This document shows, in pieces, positions 28,930 to 39,060 of a stretch of DNA of 64,000 nt. The translations under genes and the position numbers were made by a program. Position 1 is the stretch's first letter; every line of letters starts with the position of its first letter. Source of the stretch: Candidatus Omnitrophota bacterium (GTDB lineage Bacteria; Omnitrophota; Gorgyraeia; Zapsychrales; JAHFFX01); contig JAHFFW010000003.1 of assembly GCA_023247725.1 (NCBI GenBank), positions 64,704-128,703 of the forward strand, given 5' to 3'. The notes beneath the pieces were generated by a model. It saw only the letters and a program-made list of their open reading frames with translations. It was not told the DNA's origin and did no database searches.

Positions 28930-29577
28930 ATGAGCAAAATACTCAAAGTGCAAGAAGAAATGAAGGGACACAATTTCAACTTCGTTTCTGCAGCGGTGGA
29001 GAAAATGGCGGGTGAAAAAAGCGGTAATTCCTTCGCCGCCAGCCTCGCCCATACCGGCTTTCGCCAGGCCGGTGGACCTTCACCAAAATTAGGCCTCTTG
29101 ATCAGCATCCTGTCAGGCAGTGCCGTGGTTGGTTTTTCCCTGGCCTTATTGCTTGTTAATATGAAAATGCTGGATCAGGTTAAAACCAATTCGCACTCAA
29201 GCCTTCAACTCGATCATGAGTTAAGCCAATTAAACCAGCGGCTGGCAAAGCTGGAGCAGTTCACGGGCGATTTTAAGGAAATGGCTGTCAAAGATCATGA
29301 GGATTTCCGAGGCCGATTAACGCAAATCAAAGGTTCAATGACCCATCAGGAAAATGATCTTTTGACCATTGACGAACACATAAAAGGGCTGCAGGGGAAC
29401 ATATCGCAAATAAGCGGCACCATTCAACAAAATGCAGATGAAATCGCCGAAATCAAACACAATAGTAATCTGCTCCAAGCCAAATTAAGCTCTCTGAATT
29501 CTATGGGCCAGAATTTGAAAGGGCAATATGATGAGCTCAGGGGCATGTTGAGATTAACGACGGGAAAGACGCAGTAA
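28930..29577 (+). CDS. Single-pass membrane protein with a long C-terminal coiled coil; hypothetical
   Basis: TM helix LGLLISILSGSAVVGFSLALLLV followed by about 130 aa of heptad-rich sequence. RBS AAAAAGGAGAGACC upstream of ATG 28930. Confidence 0.5.
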   Translation: MSKILKVQEEMKGHNFNFVSAAVEKMAGEKSGNSFAASLAHTGFRQAGGPSPKLGLLISILSGSAVVGFSLALLLVNMKMLDQVKTNSHSSLQLDHELSQLNQRLAKLEQFTGDFKEMAVKDHEDFRGRLTQIKGSMTHQENDLLTIDEHIKGLQGNISQISGTIQQNADEIAEIKHNSNLLQAKLSSLNSMGQNLKGQYDELRGMLRLTTGKTQ

Positions 29578-29619
29578 CCATCAAGCCTAAGTCATCAGCT
29601 AACGAGAGAAAGGATCACT

Positions 29620-30405
29620 ATGGGAAAGATCACCAGTGCCTTAAAAAAAGCCGCGGAAGAACGCTTGTACCGGATTGATAAGATTGCCAAGATTCGCGAA
29701 GAAAGCCGTTTGGTTGTTCGCAAAATGGGCAATTCCAGGGTGGATAGTCGGATTGTTTCCTATTTTGATCCCAAGGCCCTGATCACGGAACAGTATAAAG
29801 TTCTGCGGACCAATTTTCTTTCCTTAAATAAAGGTCGGCCGCCCAAAACCATGGTGATCACCAGTTCCCTTCATTCAGAAGGCAAGACCATCACCGCTCT
29901 AAACCTGGCTGTTTCTTTGGCGCACACGGTCCATAAGCCAAAGATTCTTATGATTGACGCGGACTTGCGCCGGGGGCGAATTTCTAAATATCTTGGAGTC
30001 GAACAGGAAAAAGGATTAACCGAAATCCTGGAGGGAAAAGGCCTTCTTGAAGAAGCCATGTTTCACATCGATCTAGAAAATCTGACATTCATGGCCTCTG
30101 GATCGGTACCACCGAACCCTTCGGAGTTATTGGCTTCTGATGCTATGCGCAATCTGATCCATGAAGTTCGGGGAAAGTTTGATTACGTTCTCATCGATAC
30201 CCCACCCATCATTTCCGTCACCGATGCTGGTATTGTGGGTGCGCTCGCCGAAGGTGTGCTCATGGTAATCCAGGCCGGGCGGACCCAGCGCGGCATTGTT
30301 GACCGTGCCACAGAACTTCTGCACCAGGCTCATGCCCGCTTGATCGGGCATGTGTTGACCAATATTGAGTATCATTTGCCGGAATATATTTATCGGTATT
30401 TATAA
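29620..30405 (+). CDS. Chain-length-determinant-associated protein tyrosine kinase (BY-kinase, EpsG/CpsD type)
   Basis: Walker A' and B motifs (ITSSLHSEGKTITALNLA, ILMIDADLRRG, VLIDTPP) and a C-terminal tyrosine cluster YHLPEYIYRYL. Confidence 0.85.
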   Translation: MGKITSALKKAAEERLYRIDKIAKIREESRLVVRKMGNSRVDSRIVSYFDPKALITEQYKVLRTNFLSLNKGRPPKTMVITSSLHSEGKTITALNLAVSLAHTVHKPKILMIDADLRRGRISKYLGVEQEKGLTEILEGKGLLEEAMFHIDLENLTFMASGSVPPNPSELLASDAMRNLIHEVRGKFDYVLIDTPPIISVTDAGIVGALAEGVLMVIQAGRTQRGIVDRATELLHQAHARLIGHVLTNIEYHLPEYIYRYL

Positions 30406-30475
30406 AATCACCAGGCTTATCGGTAACGGCCACGGTCACGAAGCCCGTTTCGTCTCTCGGTAAAGGTAACGAATG

Positions 30476-30880
30476 GAAGAAAAAAGACGAATAGCTAGTT
30501 TTGAAGACCTGGAGGTGTATTGAAACTCTTAGAGCGCGATGCTGATTGTCATGAGGGAGATCATTCCCAAACTTCCTATAAAGGAAAAATTCGATTTAGT
30601 CGATCAATTACGTCGTGCTTCTAAGGCACTCCCAAGATTGATCGCGGAAGGATTGCGAAGAGGCATCAAAAATCTGGATTCCAAAAATATCTCGATGACG
30701 CCATGGCAGAAAGTAATGAAATGGTTGTGAGTTTGAGACAAACGAAAGATCTTTATTCTCAACATGGGGATTGTCAGCTTTGCATTAAGCTCCTTGATGA
30801 TGACGATAAGTGTAGTCGACAGTTATATAAACTTGGCGAGGTCTGGAATAATTTCAAAAGTCGATGAACGTCACCGAATA
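30476..30880 (+). pseudogene. Decayed gene for a four-helix-bundle protein (the family once called 23S rRNA intervening-sequence protein)
   Basis: SFEDLEVY followed by a stop, then in other frames IIPKLPIKEKFDLVDQLRRASKALPRLIAEGLRRG and a C-terminal helix fragment. This matches the FEDLEVW...IPANIAEG signature but is broken by at least two frameshifts or stops. Confidence 0.5.
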
Positions 30881-31006
30881 CCGATACGGGCATCGTGCCC
30901 GTGACCGAAAAACGAAACATAGCGGCTATTGGTTCTGGTGACTTCAACAGTTCCCTGGGACCCCGGGTCAGCTTGCAGACTTGGGGCTGGGGACGAAAGG
31001 ACAACC

Positions 31007-31969
31007 ATGTCACGATTCCTCATTACCGGCGGCGCAGGGTTTATCGGATCCAATATCGCGGAATATCTGGTTAAGCAAAATCATTTTGTCCGGGTCCTGG
31101 ATAATTTTGTTTCCGGCAAAGAATCCAATCTGGAATTCTCAAAAGAATTGGGCAGGGATCGATTCGAATTGATCCGGGGAGATATCCGGTCGAAAGACGA
31201 TTGTGGCCGTGCCTGCCATGGCATGGATTATGTCTTGCATCAAGCGGCCTTGCGTTCGGTCCCCAAATCTCTGACCGATCCTTTGAGTTATAATGATGTC
31301 AATATCAATGGAACGCTTTTTATGCTTCAGGCCGCTGCAAAAAACAAAGTGAAGCGCTTTGTGTTTGCCTCTTCCAGTTCGATTTATGGCGACACTGACA
31401 AATTCCCGCAAAAAGAGGAGCACTTGCCCCTTTTGATTTCCCCTTATGCATTAAGCAAATTGACGGGCGAATACTATTGCCGAATTTTCTCGGAATTCTT
31501 CCAGGTTGAAACCGTGTGCCTGCGTTATTTCAACGTCTTCGGTCCCAAACAGGCCCTCGATGACGAATATGCCGTTGTCATTCCCAAATTCATTCATTGT
31601 CTCATGCACGATGAACCACCGCCGATCTTTGGGACAGGTAAACAATCGCGTGACTTTACCTATATTGACAACGTAATCAGCGCGAATTATTTAGCCGCGA
31701 CGACTTCCAGCATTAAACATGAGATTTTCAATGTTGCCAATGGCCAGGATAACACCGTCCTCGAGCTGGTCCGCGCGCTTAACCGAATTTTGAAGAAAAA
31801 TATTGAGCCCGGCTTTCTTCCCGTCAGACCCGGCGATGTATTTCGTACGTTCGCGGATGTTTCTAAAATCAAGGCAAAATTGAATTTTACTCCCTTAGTG
31901 GATTTTGAGGCCGGACTTTTCCGAACCGTCGAGTATTTTAAAACCTTATACAGTGGGGCCACGAAATGA
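31007..31969 (+). CDS. NAD-dependent nucleotide-sugar epimerase/dehydratase (UDP-GlcNAc/UDP-Glc 4-epimerase WbpP/CapD-like)
   Basis: ITGGAGFIGSNIAEYL Rossmann motif and YxxxK catalytic motif (YALSKLTGEYY); start at ATG 31007 with RBS GAAAGGACAACC. Confidence 0.85.
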   Translation: MSRFLITGGAGFIGSNIAEYLVKQNHFVRVLDNFVSGKESNLEFSKELGRDRFELIRGDIRSKDDCGRACHGMDYVLHQAALRSVPKSLTDPLSYNDVNINGTLFMLQAAAKNKVKRFVFASSSSIYGDTDKFPQKEEHLPLLISPYALSKLTGEYYCRIFSEFFQVETVCLRYFNVFGPKQALDDEYAVVIPKFIHCLMHDEPPPIFGTGKQSRDFTYIDNVISANYLAATTSSIKHEIFNVANGQDNTVLELVRALNRILKKNIEPGFLPVRPGDVFRTFADVSKIKAKLNFTPLVDFEAGLFRTVEYFKTLYSGATK

Positions 31970-32763
31970 AGATTTTGTTACCCAAAAGCCTCAGAGAAAT
32001 TCTGCACTATCGCGACCTGTGGTGGATGCTCACCCTGCGAGATATCCGAATCCGTTATAAGCAGGCCATCATGGGATTTTTATGGGCGCTCTTTATGCCC
32101 ATTGTAGCCATCTTTGCCGGCATCCTTATCAAAAAGGCCATGGCATTCATGGCCGGACAGGCCATGGATGAAAAGGCCATTGTAGCCATGACCTTTAAGG
32201 TGCTACCCTGGACCTTTTTTGCCAGCTCCATCCGTTTCGCGGTGCAAAGCCTCGTCGGCAATAGCAGTCTCATCACCAAAATTTATTTCCCCAGGGCGGT
32301 TCTTCCTTTGTCGGCAGTCTCCGCCTGTTTTTTTGATTTTTTAATAGCCGCGCTCATTCTGCCTGTTTTAATCGTCATTTTTCGAGCCCCGGTTAATCTT
32401 TACTATCTTTATCTGCCATATCTCATCTTGCTTGTTGTGCTTTTCACCTTGGGCGTCGGTTTATTGCTCTCGGCGGCGAATTTATTTTACCGAGACGTAA
32501 AGTACATCGTGGAGATCATCCTCATGTTCGGTATTTTTTTCACCCCGGTTTTCTATGATGCGAATTCCTTGGGGAAGTTTGGAACAATCATGCGGTTAAA
32601 CCCAATCGGGAGCATTCTGGAATCCATCAACCAGGTCATCAGCTTCAATCAGCCGCCGGATTCGGGTTGGTTAAGCTATGCTTCGGTTTGCTCATTGGGA
32701 ATGTTTTTACTGGGATTTTACTTTTTTCACAAATTTGAACCGGCTTTTGCCGAAAACATTTAA
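31966..32763 (+). CDS. ABC-2 type polysaccharide exporter permease (Wzm/KpsM family)
   Basis: Six TM segments; IRIRYKQAIMGFLWALFMP; YFPRAVLPL. Confidence 0.85.
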   Translation: MKILLPKSLREILHYRDLWWMLTLRDIRIRYKQAIMGFLWALFMPIVAIFAGILIKKAMAFMAGQAMDEKAIVAMTFKVLPWTFFASSIRFAVQSLVGNSSLITKIYFPRAVLPLSAVSACFFDFLIAALILPVLIVIFRAPVNLYYLYLPYLILLVVLFTLGVGLLLSAANLFYRDVKYIVEIILMFGIFFTPVFYDANSLGKFGTIMRLNPIGSILESINQVISFNQPPDSGWLSYASVCSLGMFLLGFYFFHKFEPAFAENI

Positions 32764-32781
32764 AAAAAGGGTACAAGGTCG

Positions 32782-34080
32782 ATGAATGATTCCATGAAGT
32801 TTGAAGGTATTTGGAAAAAGTTTCGGCGGGGAGAAAAGTTTAATTCTCTGCGAGATGCTATTCCGGCATTTTTTAAGAATGCCTTGAACACCAAAGCCGA
32901 GGAAATCTTGGCCGACCAGGAATTCTGGGCGGTCAAAGACGTCAGTTTCTCCATTAAGAAGGGAGAGGTCGTCGGTATTATGGGACTCAACGGCGCCGGA
33001 AAAAGCACCATCCTCAAACTTTTGTCCCGAATTATGTTTCCGACGCGAGGACGGATAACAATTCATGGAAGACTTTCGGCGCTCATCGAGGTGACCGCCG
33101 GATTTCATCCGGACCTAACTGGACGAGAGAACGTGTATCTCAATGGAGCGATCCTGGGAATGAAAAGGAAAGAAATCGACGCCAAATTTGATCAAATCGT
33201 GGATTTCTCAGGAATTGCGGAATTCATTGATACGCCGGTCAAGCGGTATTCTTCTGGCATGTATTCGCGGCTGGGTTTCTCGGTGGCCGCCCATGTCGAT
33301 CCGGAAATTCTTCTGGTCGATGAAGTATTATCCGTGGGCGATATTTCTTTTCAGGCCCGCTGCGCTGAAAAGATGCGCGACCTACTCAAATCGGGTGTGA
33401 CCATCATCCTCGTGTCCCATAATTTGGCCCTGATTCAAAGCTTGTGCCAGCGGGCCATCCTCGTTGATCATGGACAGGTTCTCAGAGACGGCACGACCAT
33501 AGAGGTCCTTCCCCATTATGAAAACATCGTCCTAAAAATGCGCGAGGATATGATTCATCGCAGAATCGAGGATACCTCAGGCCGCGGCATCAAGGCCAAG
33601 GTTCACAATCCGGTTATGATCACGGGAGTCGGACTGTTTGATCAATTGGGGCAAAGTAAAAACAGATTTCAATTGGGCGATGAACTTCACCTGGCCATCC
33701 ATTACCGGGCCATTGAGAGAATTGAATCACCGATTTTTTCCGTTGAGATCATTCGTGCGGATGGCGTCGTGTGTTGTTTGGCGCGGACCGATGTCAATAA
33801 TCCCCTGCTTCCCTATATACAGGGAGAGGGCAGGATTAAACTCGATTTCGGCGTTCTGAATCTCGGGGCCGGAATCTATCAGGTGAAAGTCGTCATTTAT
33901 GACCAGGTCACGATGCATCCTTATGTCACCCGGGCCGAGGAGATTGTCAGATTCGATGCCGGAGGGAACACCATTGTTTATCAACCAATTTTCTATCCTC
34001 CGTCGCGTTGGGAGATCAGGCATTTGAATCCACCCTCAAGAGAAAAAGTGAAGACGGTTTACGAAAATGATTTTCAATAA
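32782..34080 (+). CDS. ABC polysaccharide exporter ATP-binding protein (Wzt/KpsT family) with a C-terminal ~180-aa substrate-binding-like extension
   Basis: Walker A GLNGAGKSTILK, signature YSSGMYSRLGF, Walker B ILLVDEVLSVGD; extra C-terminal beta-rich domain. Confidence 0.85.
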   Translation: MNDSMKFEGIWKKFRRGEKFNSLRDAIPAFFKNALNTKAEEILADQEFWAVKDVSFSIKKGEVVGIMGLNGAGKSTILKLLSRIMFPTRGRITIHGRLSALIEVTAGFHPDLTGRENVYLNGAILGMKRKEIDAKFDQIVDFSGIAEFIDTPVKRYSSGMYSRLGFSVAAHVDPEILLVDEVLSVGDISFQARCAEKMRDLLKSGVTIILVSHNLALIQSLCQRAILVDHGQVLRDGTTIEVLPHYENIVLKMREDMIHRRIEDTSGRGIKAKVHNPVMITGVGLFDQLGQSKNRFQLGDELHLAIHYRAIERIESPIFSVEIIRADGVVCCLARTDVNNPLLPYIQGEGRIKLDFGVLNLGAGIYQVKVVIYDQVTMHPYVTRAEEIVRFDAGGNTIVYQPIFYPPSRWEIRHLNPPSREKVKTVYENDFQ

Positions 34081-35380
34081 GAAGAAAAAGAACATTCGCG
34101 AGCATTTGGTTCTGCTCAGAAGAATCCCCGCACCGCCCAAAGGGGAGTGGGGGGGAATGGAACGATTAATGCTGGATTGGCTGGAGCGGATTGATTACGA
34201 ATCCTGCCATGCCACCATTGCGGTTTCGCCGGGATGGGGAGGCAGATTTCATCAGGAAACCGTGGCGCGGAATTTACCGGTTCGGGTTGTGGAATTCCCT
34301 TTCTCGCTTGAAGTTGGACCGGGGCGGAGATTTGTAAGGATATTTTTATTTCTGAAGAGGCTCCGGCCCACGGTCACGGTTTTTCTCCAAGGGTGGTTTT
34401 GGGAATTCCGTTTACCGGATTTGATCGCCGCTAATCTTTTGACCGGCGGTCGGGTATTCATGCATGAAAATTTGGGCGCGGATGCTCCGATACCAAAAAC
34501 CAGCCGGAAATATTTTGGTTTGATTCCAGGATTCGCGCTCTGGTGGTATCACCAGATAGGAATGTCCAGCGGCAGAGCCCTATTGACCAAAAAAATTATT
34601 ACCGTCAGCCAAGGTTTGAAAGATCGCATGGTGGAATTATGGAAATATCCTTCCAATAAAATTCAGGTCATTTACCACGGGGTCGATACGGCTCGTTTGA
34701 GTCATTCCGGGGAATTGCGCGAGCGGATGAGACAAGAGCATGGAATTAAGTCAGAAGAGAAGATGATCATGATGCTTTGCCGGCTGACAAAACAAAAGCG
34801 CGTCGATCGGGCCCTGGAGGCATTCGCCGCCATCTCGAAGGAGTCACCGCAAGTCCGAATGACGATTATTGGCGGAGGGCCTCAGGAACAGGAATTAAAA
34901 CGACTGGCGGCGACGTACTCACTCAACGGGACCGTCAGGTTTCTTGGCCATGTGGATCATCCTAAGATTTATTTGACGATGAGCGATATTTATCTTTTAA
35001 CCAGTGATAACGAAGGTCTGAGTCTGTCGCTCATGGAAGCCATGGCTTGCGGATTAATTTGTGTTTCCACCGATTGCCCTGGCTCTGGTGAGGCTATTGA
35101 GAATGGCGTCAATGGGTTTCTCACCGAAATGAGTCCATCGGGGGTACGGGCGGGTCTAAAGAAGGCTTTAACCCTGACTTTGGAACAAAGAATCCAGATG
35201 GGCGAGCTCGCCAGAAAGACCGCCTTGGAAAAATTTGAAATTAATCAGAATATCCAAAGAATATTCGAGGTTTTTGGTATTCCATTTGACCACAAAGCTT
35301 TTTCCAATTCGTTCTCGCAACCCGCAAGCCAGGCACTCATCGGTTCGCGGGAATTTATTGAATGGTTGAATAAGGCATGA
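34067..35380 (+). CDS. Glycosyltransferase family 4 (GT-B, GT1 superfamily)
   Basis: C-terminal EGLSLSLMEAMACGLICVSTDCPGSGEAIENGVNGFL motif. Confidence 0.8.
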   Translation: MIFNKKKKNIREHLVLLRRIPAPPKGEWGGMERLMLDWLERIDYESCHATIAVSPGWGGRFHQETVARNLPVRVVEFPFSLEVGPGRRFVRIFLFLKRLRPTVTVFLQGWFWEFRLPDLIAANLLTGGRVFMHENLGADAPIPKTSRKYFGLIPGFALWWYHQIGMSSGRALLTKKIITVSQGLKDRMVELWKYPSNKIQVIYHGVDTARLSHSGELRERMRQEHGIKSEEKMIMMLCRLTKQKRVDRALEAFAAISKESPQVRMTIIGGGPQEQELKRLAATYSLNGTVRFLGHVDHPKIYLTMSDIYLLTSDNEGLSLSLMEAMACGLICVSTDCPGSGEAIENGVNGFLTEMSPSGVRAGLKKALTLTLEQRIQMGELARKTALEKFEINQNIQRIFEVFGIPFDHKAFSNSFSQPASQALIGSREFIEWLNKA

Positions 35381-37800
35381 TGAACCCAAAGATATTTATT
35401 ATCACGGTCAACTGGAACAGTTTTTTGGATGTCTCGGTCTGTTTGGAGTCTCTGCGGAAAGTGGACTATCCCAATTTTCGCGTGATCGTCGTTGATAATG
35501 GCTCAACCGACGATTCCTTAAAACGCATTCGGGAATTGTATCCGGAAGTGATCCTCATTGCGCATGCCGAAAATCTAGGCCTGGCTGCCGCGAATAATAG
35601 CGGGATCCGATATGGGCTAAAGGATGGAATGGACTTCGGTTTGATCCTCAACAACGATGCGGTGGTGGATTCCCAGATCTTGAAGATTTTTATACAAGCA
35701 GCCCATGATCATCCCAAAGCCGGGATCTTTGGTGCCAGGATTTTTTATTTATCGTCGCCTGATCGGATCTGGTGGGCGAAACCGCAATGGAACCCCGAAA
35801 CTGGCGAATTCTTCAACGAAGGCCACGATCAAATCGAGGATCCACAAAATCCTTTATTGCCGGGAGAAATCGCTTATGCCAATGGCTGTGCGTTATTTTT
35901 CCGTCGGGAAGTCGCGGAAACAATTGGCCTCATGGATGAGCGATTCTTTATTTATTTTGAGGAAATCGATTGGTGCTGGCGCGCTCGGTCCGCCGGATTC
36001 CAAATCAGGTTCGAACCACAGGCCAAGGTCTGGCATAAGGTCGCGGCTTCTTCTGGTGGCAGGCGCTCGCCGGTTATGACCTATTTCGAAACCCGTAACA
36101 AATTTCTTTGGGCCAGCCGCAATCTGTCGAGGTCAGAGCGACGTCGGTTTTGTGGGAAACTGATCAGATCCTTTCTTTCTTCCACTTTTTATAGCAAAGA
36201 GACCCTCTTGGCCAAAAGAATTTATTGGGACCTGCGTCATCTCATGAGCTCCCACGGAAAGGCTAAACTTCGCGGCCTTCTGGACTATGTCTGCGGTCGA
36301 TTTGGGAATTGCCCGCCCTGGATCCGCCGTTTGCCATCACCCCCGATTTTTTCCTTAAGAAAAAAAATATTATTGATTGTTAAAGGTTTTTATTTCCCTT
36401 TGCGGAATGGCGGGCAAATGCGGACTTGGAATTTTATCCGAGCCTTGGCCCCGGAGCATGATTTGTTTTTATTAAATATTTATGAAGAGCCGATGGAACC
36501 GAGGTTCGATGAAAAGGATTGTGCCGCGAAATTTCAACGGACCTGGCAAGGGAGGAAGCGGCCGGACAATGGATACGGCCTTTCTCTGCGGCAAAGAATC
36601 AGCAAATTCATCCGCGGGATTCCCTGGGAATTAAATCCCGATGGGCAACCAGAGATTACCGACGAGCTTGCCCGGGCCTTTTCGCAAGCGCCGTTTGACT
36701 ATGTGTTGGTGCGTTACCTGGCCCAGGCTCAATACCTGGAAAAATACCGGGGGCGCTTGCGGGAAAAAATCATTTTGGATCTGGACGATTTGGAAACCCA
36801 AAAAATTTTCCCTCTGACAGCCATCGAAGGATATCGTGATCTCTATGATTTGTGGAGAAAGCGCCTCAATTTGTGGATCTATGAACGCTATCATAAAAGC
36901 TTTCTTAGGCAAGTGGCCTGCACGATTGTTTGCTCAGAAAAGGATCGTCAATATCTTCTAAAAAATGATTGGACCAAAAAAATTACAGTCATTGCCAATG
37001 CGCTCGATTTGGATACCATCTCCTTAACATCGCGAAGATTCCCATCGGCTGCGAAGGCAAGTCCCGCGCTCTCGGGGGAAGGCGAAGCCGTCGCTGTCTC
37101 GGTTCCCTCTCAACCCTTTAATTTTCCTCGGGACCAAGGTCTTGAGCCTCTCGAAGACGCCTCGGGCCAACCACCATCCACCTTCACCCTGGCCTCAAAC
37201 GAAGGGACGCCGAGAGAGAGATTCGGCAACCTCGTCGGATCGATCAATGAAAACAAAACCAAGGAGATTCTTTTTGTAGGATCTTTATTTTATAAACCAA
37301 ACTGGGAAGGTATCGTTTGGTTTGCGGAAAAAATTTTTCCAAACATTTTGCTGAAGGAACCCGAGGCAAGATTAGTGATTGTGGGGTGCCGTCCGCGGCC
37401 GGAGGTTATTGCTTTGAGCCGGCAAGAAGCCATCACGCTCTATGCGGATGTCGACGATCTTTCCACTTTCTACCAGCGCTCTAGCCTCGTTATTGTCCCG
37501 ATCCGCATTGCGGGAGGAACAAGAATTAAAATTCTGGAGGCTGCTTTATTTCAGAGACCGGTCGTGACAACGACCATTGGAGCCCAAGGATTGGAGATGG
37601 TGGCCAACAAGCATTGTTTGGTTGCCGATAGCGAAGACGGCTTTGCCCAGGCTTGCCTTAGACTTCTCCGGGAACCATCCTTAACGGCAAGATTAGTTCA
37701 GGAAAATGCGCATCTGGTCCGATCTTTGTACAGTTACTCGACGGCAAAAAAAAAGATTTTAGAAATATTCAATGGGTGTCTTAAAGCGGGGGCAGCTTAA
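35377..37800 (+). CDS. Bifunctional glycosyltransferase: N-terminal GT2 (rhamnosyltransferase-like) fused through a Pro/Ser-rich linker to a C-terminal GT4 domain
   Basis: FIITVNWNSFLDVSVCLESL...VVDNGSTDDS with a DxD motif, then a linker PSAAKASPALSGEGEAVAVSVP, then GT4 sequence (RIAGGTRIKILEAALFQRPVVTT). Confidence 0.75.
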   Translation: MMNPKIFIITVNWNSFLDVSVCLESLRKVDYPNFRVIVVDNGSTDDSLKRIRELYPEVILIAHAENLGLAAANNSGIRYGLKDGMDFGLILNNDAVVDSQILKIFIQAAHDHPKAGIFGARIFYLSSPDRIWWAKPQWNPETGEFFNEGHDQIEDPQNPLLPGEIAYANGCALFFRREVAETIGLMDERFFIYFEEIDWCWRARSAGFQIRFEPQAKVWHKVAASSGGRRSPVMTYFETRNKFLWASRNLSRSERRRFCGKLIRSFLSSTFYSKETLLAKRIYWDLRHLMSSHGKAKLRGLLDYVCGRFGNCPPWIRRLPSPPIFSLRKKILLIVKGFYFPLRNGGQMRTWNFIRALAPEHDLFLLNIYEEPMEPRFDEKDCAAKFQRTWQGRKRPDNGYGLSLRQRISKFIRGIPWELNPDGQPEITDELARAFSQAPFDYVLVRYLAQAQYLEKYRGRLREKIILDLDDLETQKIFPLTAIEGYRDLYDLWRKRLNLWIYERYHKSFLRQVACTIVCSEKDRQYLLKNDWTKKITVIANALDLDTISLTSRRFPSAAKASPALSGEGEAVAVSVPSQPFNFPRDQGLEPLEDASGQPPSTFTLASNEGTPRERFGNLVGSINENKTKEILFVGSLFYKPNWEGIVWFAEKIFPNILLKEPEARLVIVGCRPRPEVIALSRQEAITLYADVDDLSTFYQRSSLVIVPIRIAGGTRIKILEAALFQRPVVTTTIGAQGLEMVANKHCLVADSEDGFAQACLRLLREPSLTARLVQENAHLVRSLYSYSTAKKKILEIFNGCLKAGAA

Positions 37801-37803
37801 ACG

Positions 37804-39030
37804 ATGAATATCTGTCTCTTGTGCCGAAATTTTCATAAAGATAGAGGAGGGATTGAGACCTTCACCCGCGACTTTGCCTTGGCCCTTGTCTTACAGGGGC
37901 ACGCGGTCCATATCATTGCTCAGGATATTGGAGAATATAACCGGAGGATTCTGAATCCTTTGATTCATGTTCATCATGCGGCATTTAAGGTGAAACCGTT
38001 TTTAGGTTATTGGAGGCTGGACCATTTTTTCCCCATTGAAGACCTTCACTATTCCAAGGCCGTCGCTGCAAAAGTGAGAGAAGTCAGCCAAATTCATCAC
38101 CTTGATATTGTGGAAACCATGGATTATTTTCGGCAAGGGTATTGGTTGGCCCGCCAAAAAAATCTCCCGTTATTTTTTCGGCTGCACGGCTGGATCTTTA
38201 ATCGTTCCCACGGCCGGATCGATCCTTTTCCGACGTTGAGCTTAAGGGAACTGATTTCTTGGAAAATGCAAAAGGATACCTTGGCTGCTTCCGATGGGAT
38301 TGCGGCCGTTTCCGCCGATACTGCCGATTTCGCCAAAAAAATCTGGAATCTCCATAATAAAAATGTCAAAGTCATCCACAATGGAATCGACAGCCAACAC
38401 TTTTATCCAGGAGAAACTATTCGTCACCAAAGCGTATTGTTTTCCGGAAGGCTGACTCGTAATAAAGGGATTCATACCTTGGCCGAGGCGATCCCTTTGG
38501 TTTTGAATCAGTGCCCGCAGACCACCTTCATCATTGCCGGGAAGGAAACCACCGTTCAAAAAGATCAATCCGTGATCGAAATGATGAAGGCGACGGTTCC
38601 CGCCGATAATTTCGTTTGTTTGGGAGAAATATCGAAGCAAGAATTGATCTCGTATTATCAAAAAAGTTCTATTTTTGTGCTGCCTTCCATCTATGAATCA
38701 TTTGGTTTGGTGGCCCTGGAAGCCATGGCCAGTGGTTGTGCGGTTGTCGCTTCCAATGTGGGAGGGCTTAAAGAAATCATCGAAAACGAAAAGGATGGAT
38801 TGCTTGTGCCGCCCGCCGATCCCGTTGCCCTGGCCGAGGCGGTTATCCGGTTGTTGAAGAATCCGGCATTCCGAAAGGAACTGAGCGTCCAAGCCATGGC
38901 TAAAGTCAATCAAAAATTCACTCTGGAGCGCGTGGTCCGGGAATCCATTGAGGCTTACGAAGAAGCCATTGCTTCCTTTAGAAATGAGCGACCGCGGCAG
39001 GTGTTAAGAGGAGACATCGCCTCAGCTTAA
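37804..39030 (+). CDS. Glycosyltransferase family 4
   Basis: ESFGLVALEAMASGCAVVASNVGGLKEIIENEKDGLLV. Confidence 0.8.
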   Translation: MNICLLCRNFHKDRGGIETFTRDFALALVLQGHAVHIIAQDIGEYNRRILNPLIHVHHAAFKVKPFLGYWRLDHFFPIEDLHYSKAVAAKVREVSQIHHLDIVETMDYFRQGYWLARQKNLPLFFRLHGWIFNRSHGRIDPFPTLSLRELISWKMQKDTLAASDGIAAVSADTADFAKKIWNLHNKNVKVIHNGIDSQHFYPGETIRHQSVLFSGRLTRNKGIHTLAEAIPLVLNQCPQTTFIIAGKETTVQKDQSVIEMMKATVPADNFVCLGEISKQELISYYQKSSIFVLPSIYESFGLVALEAMASGCAVVASNVGGLKEIIENEKDGLLVPPADPVALAEAVIRLLKNPAFRKELSVQAMAKVNQKFTLERVVRESIEAYEEAIASFRNERPRQVLRGDIASA

Positions 39031-39060
39031 TTGTGAACGTCATCAAGGAAAAACAGATTT

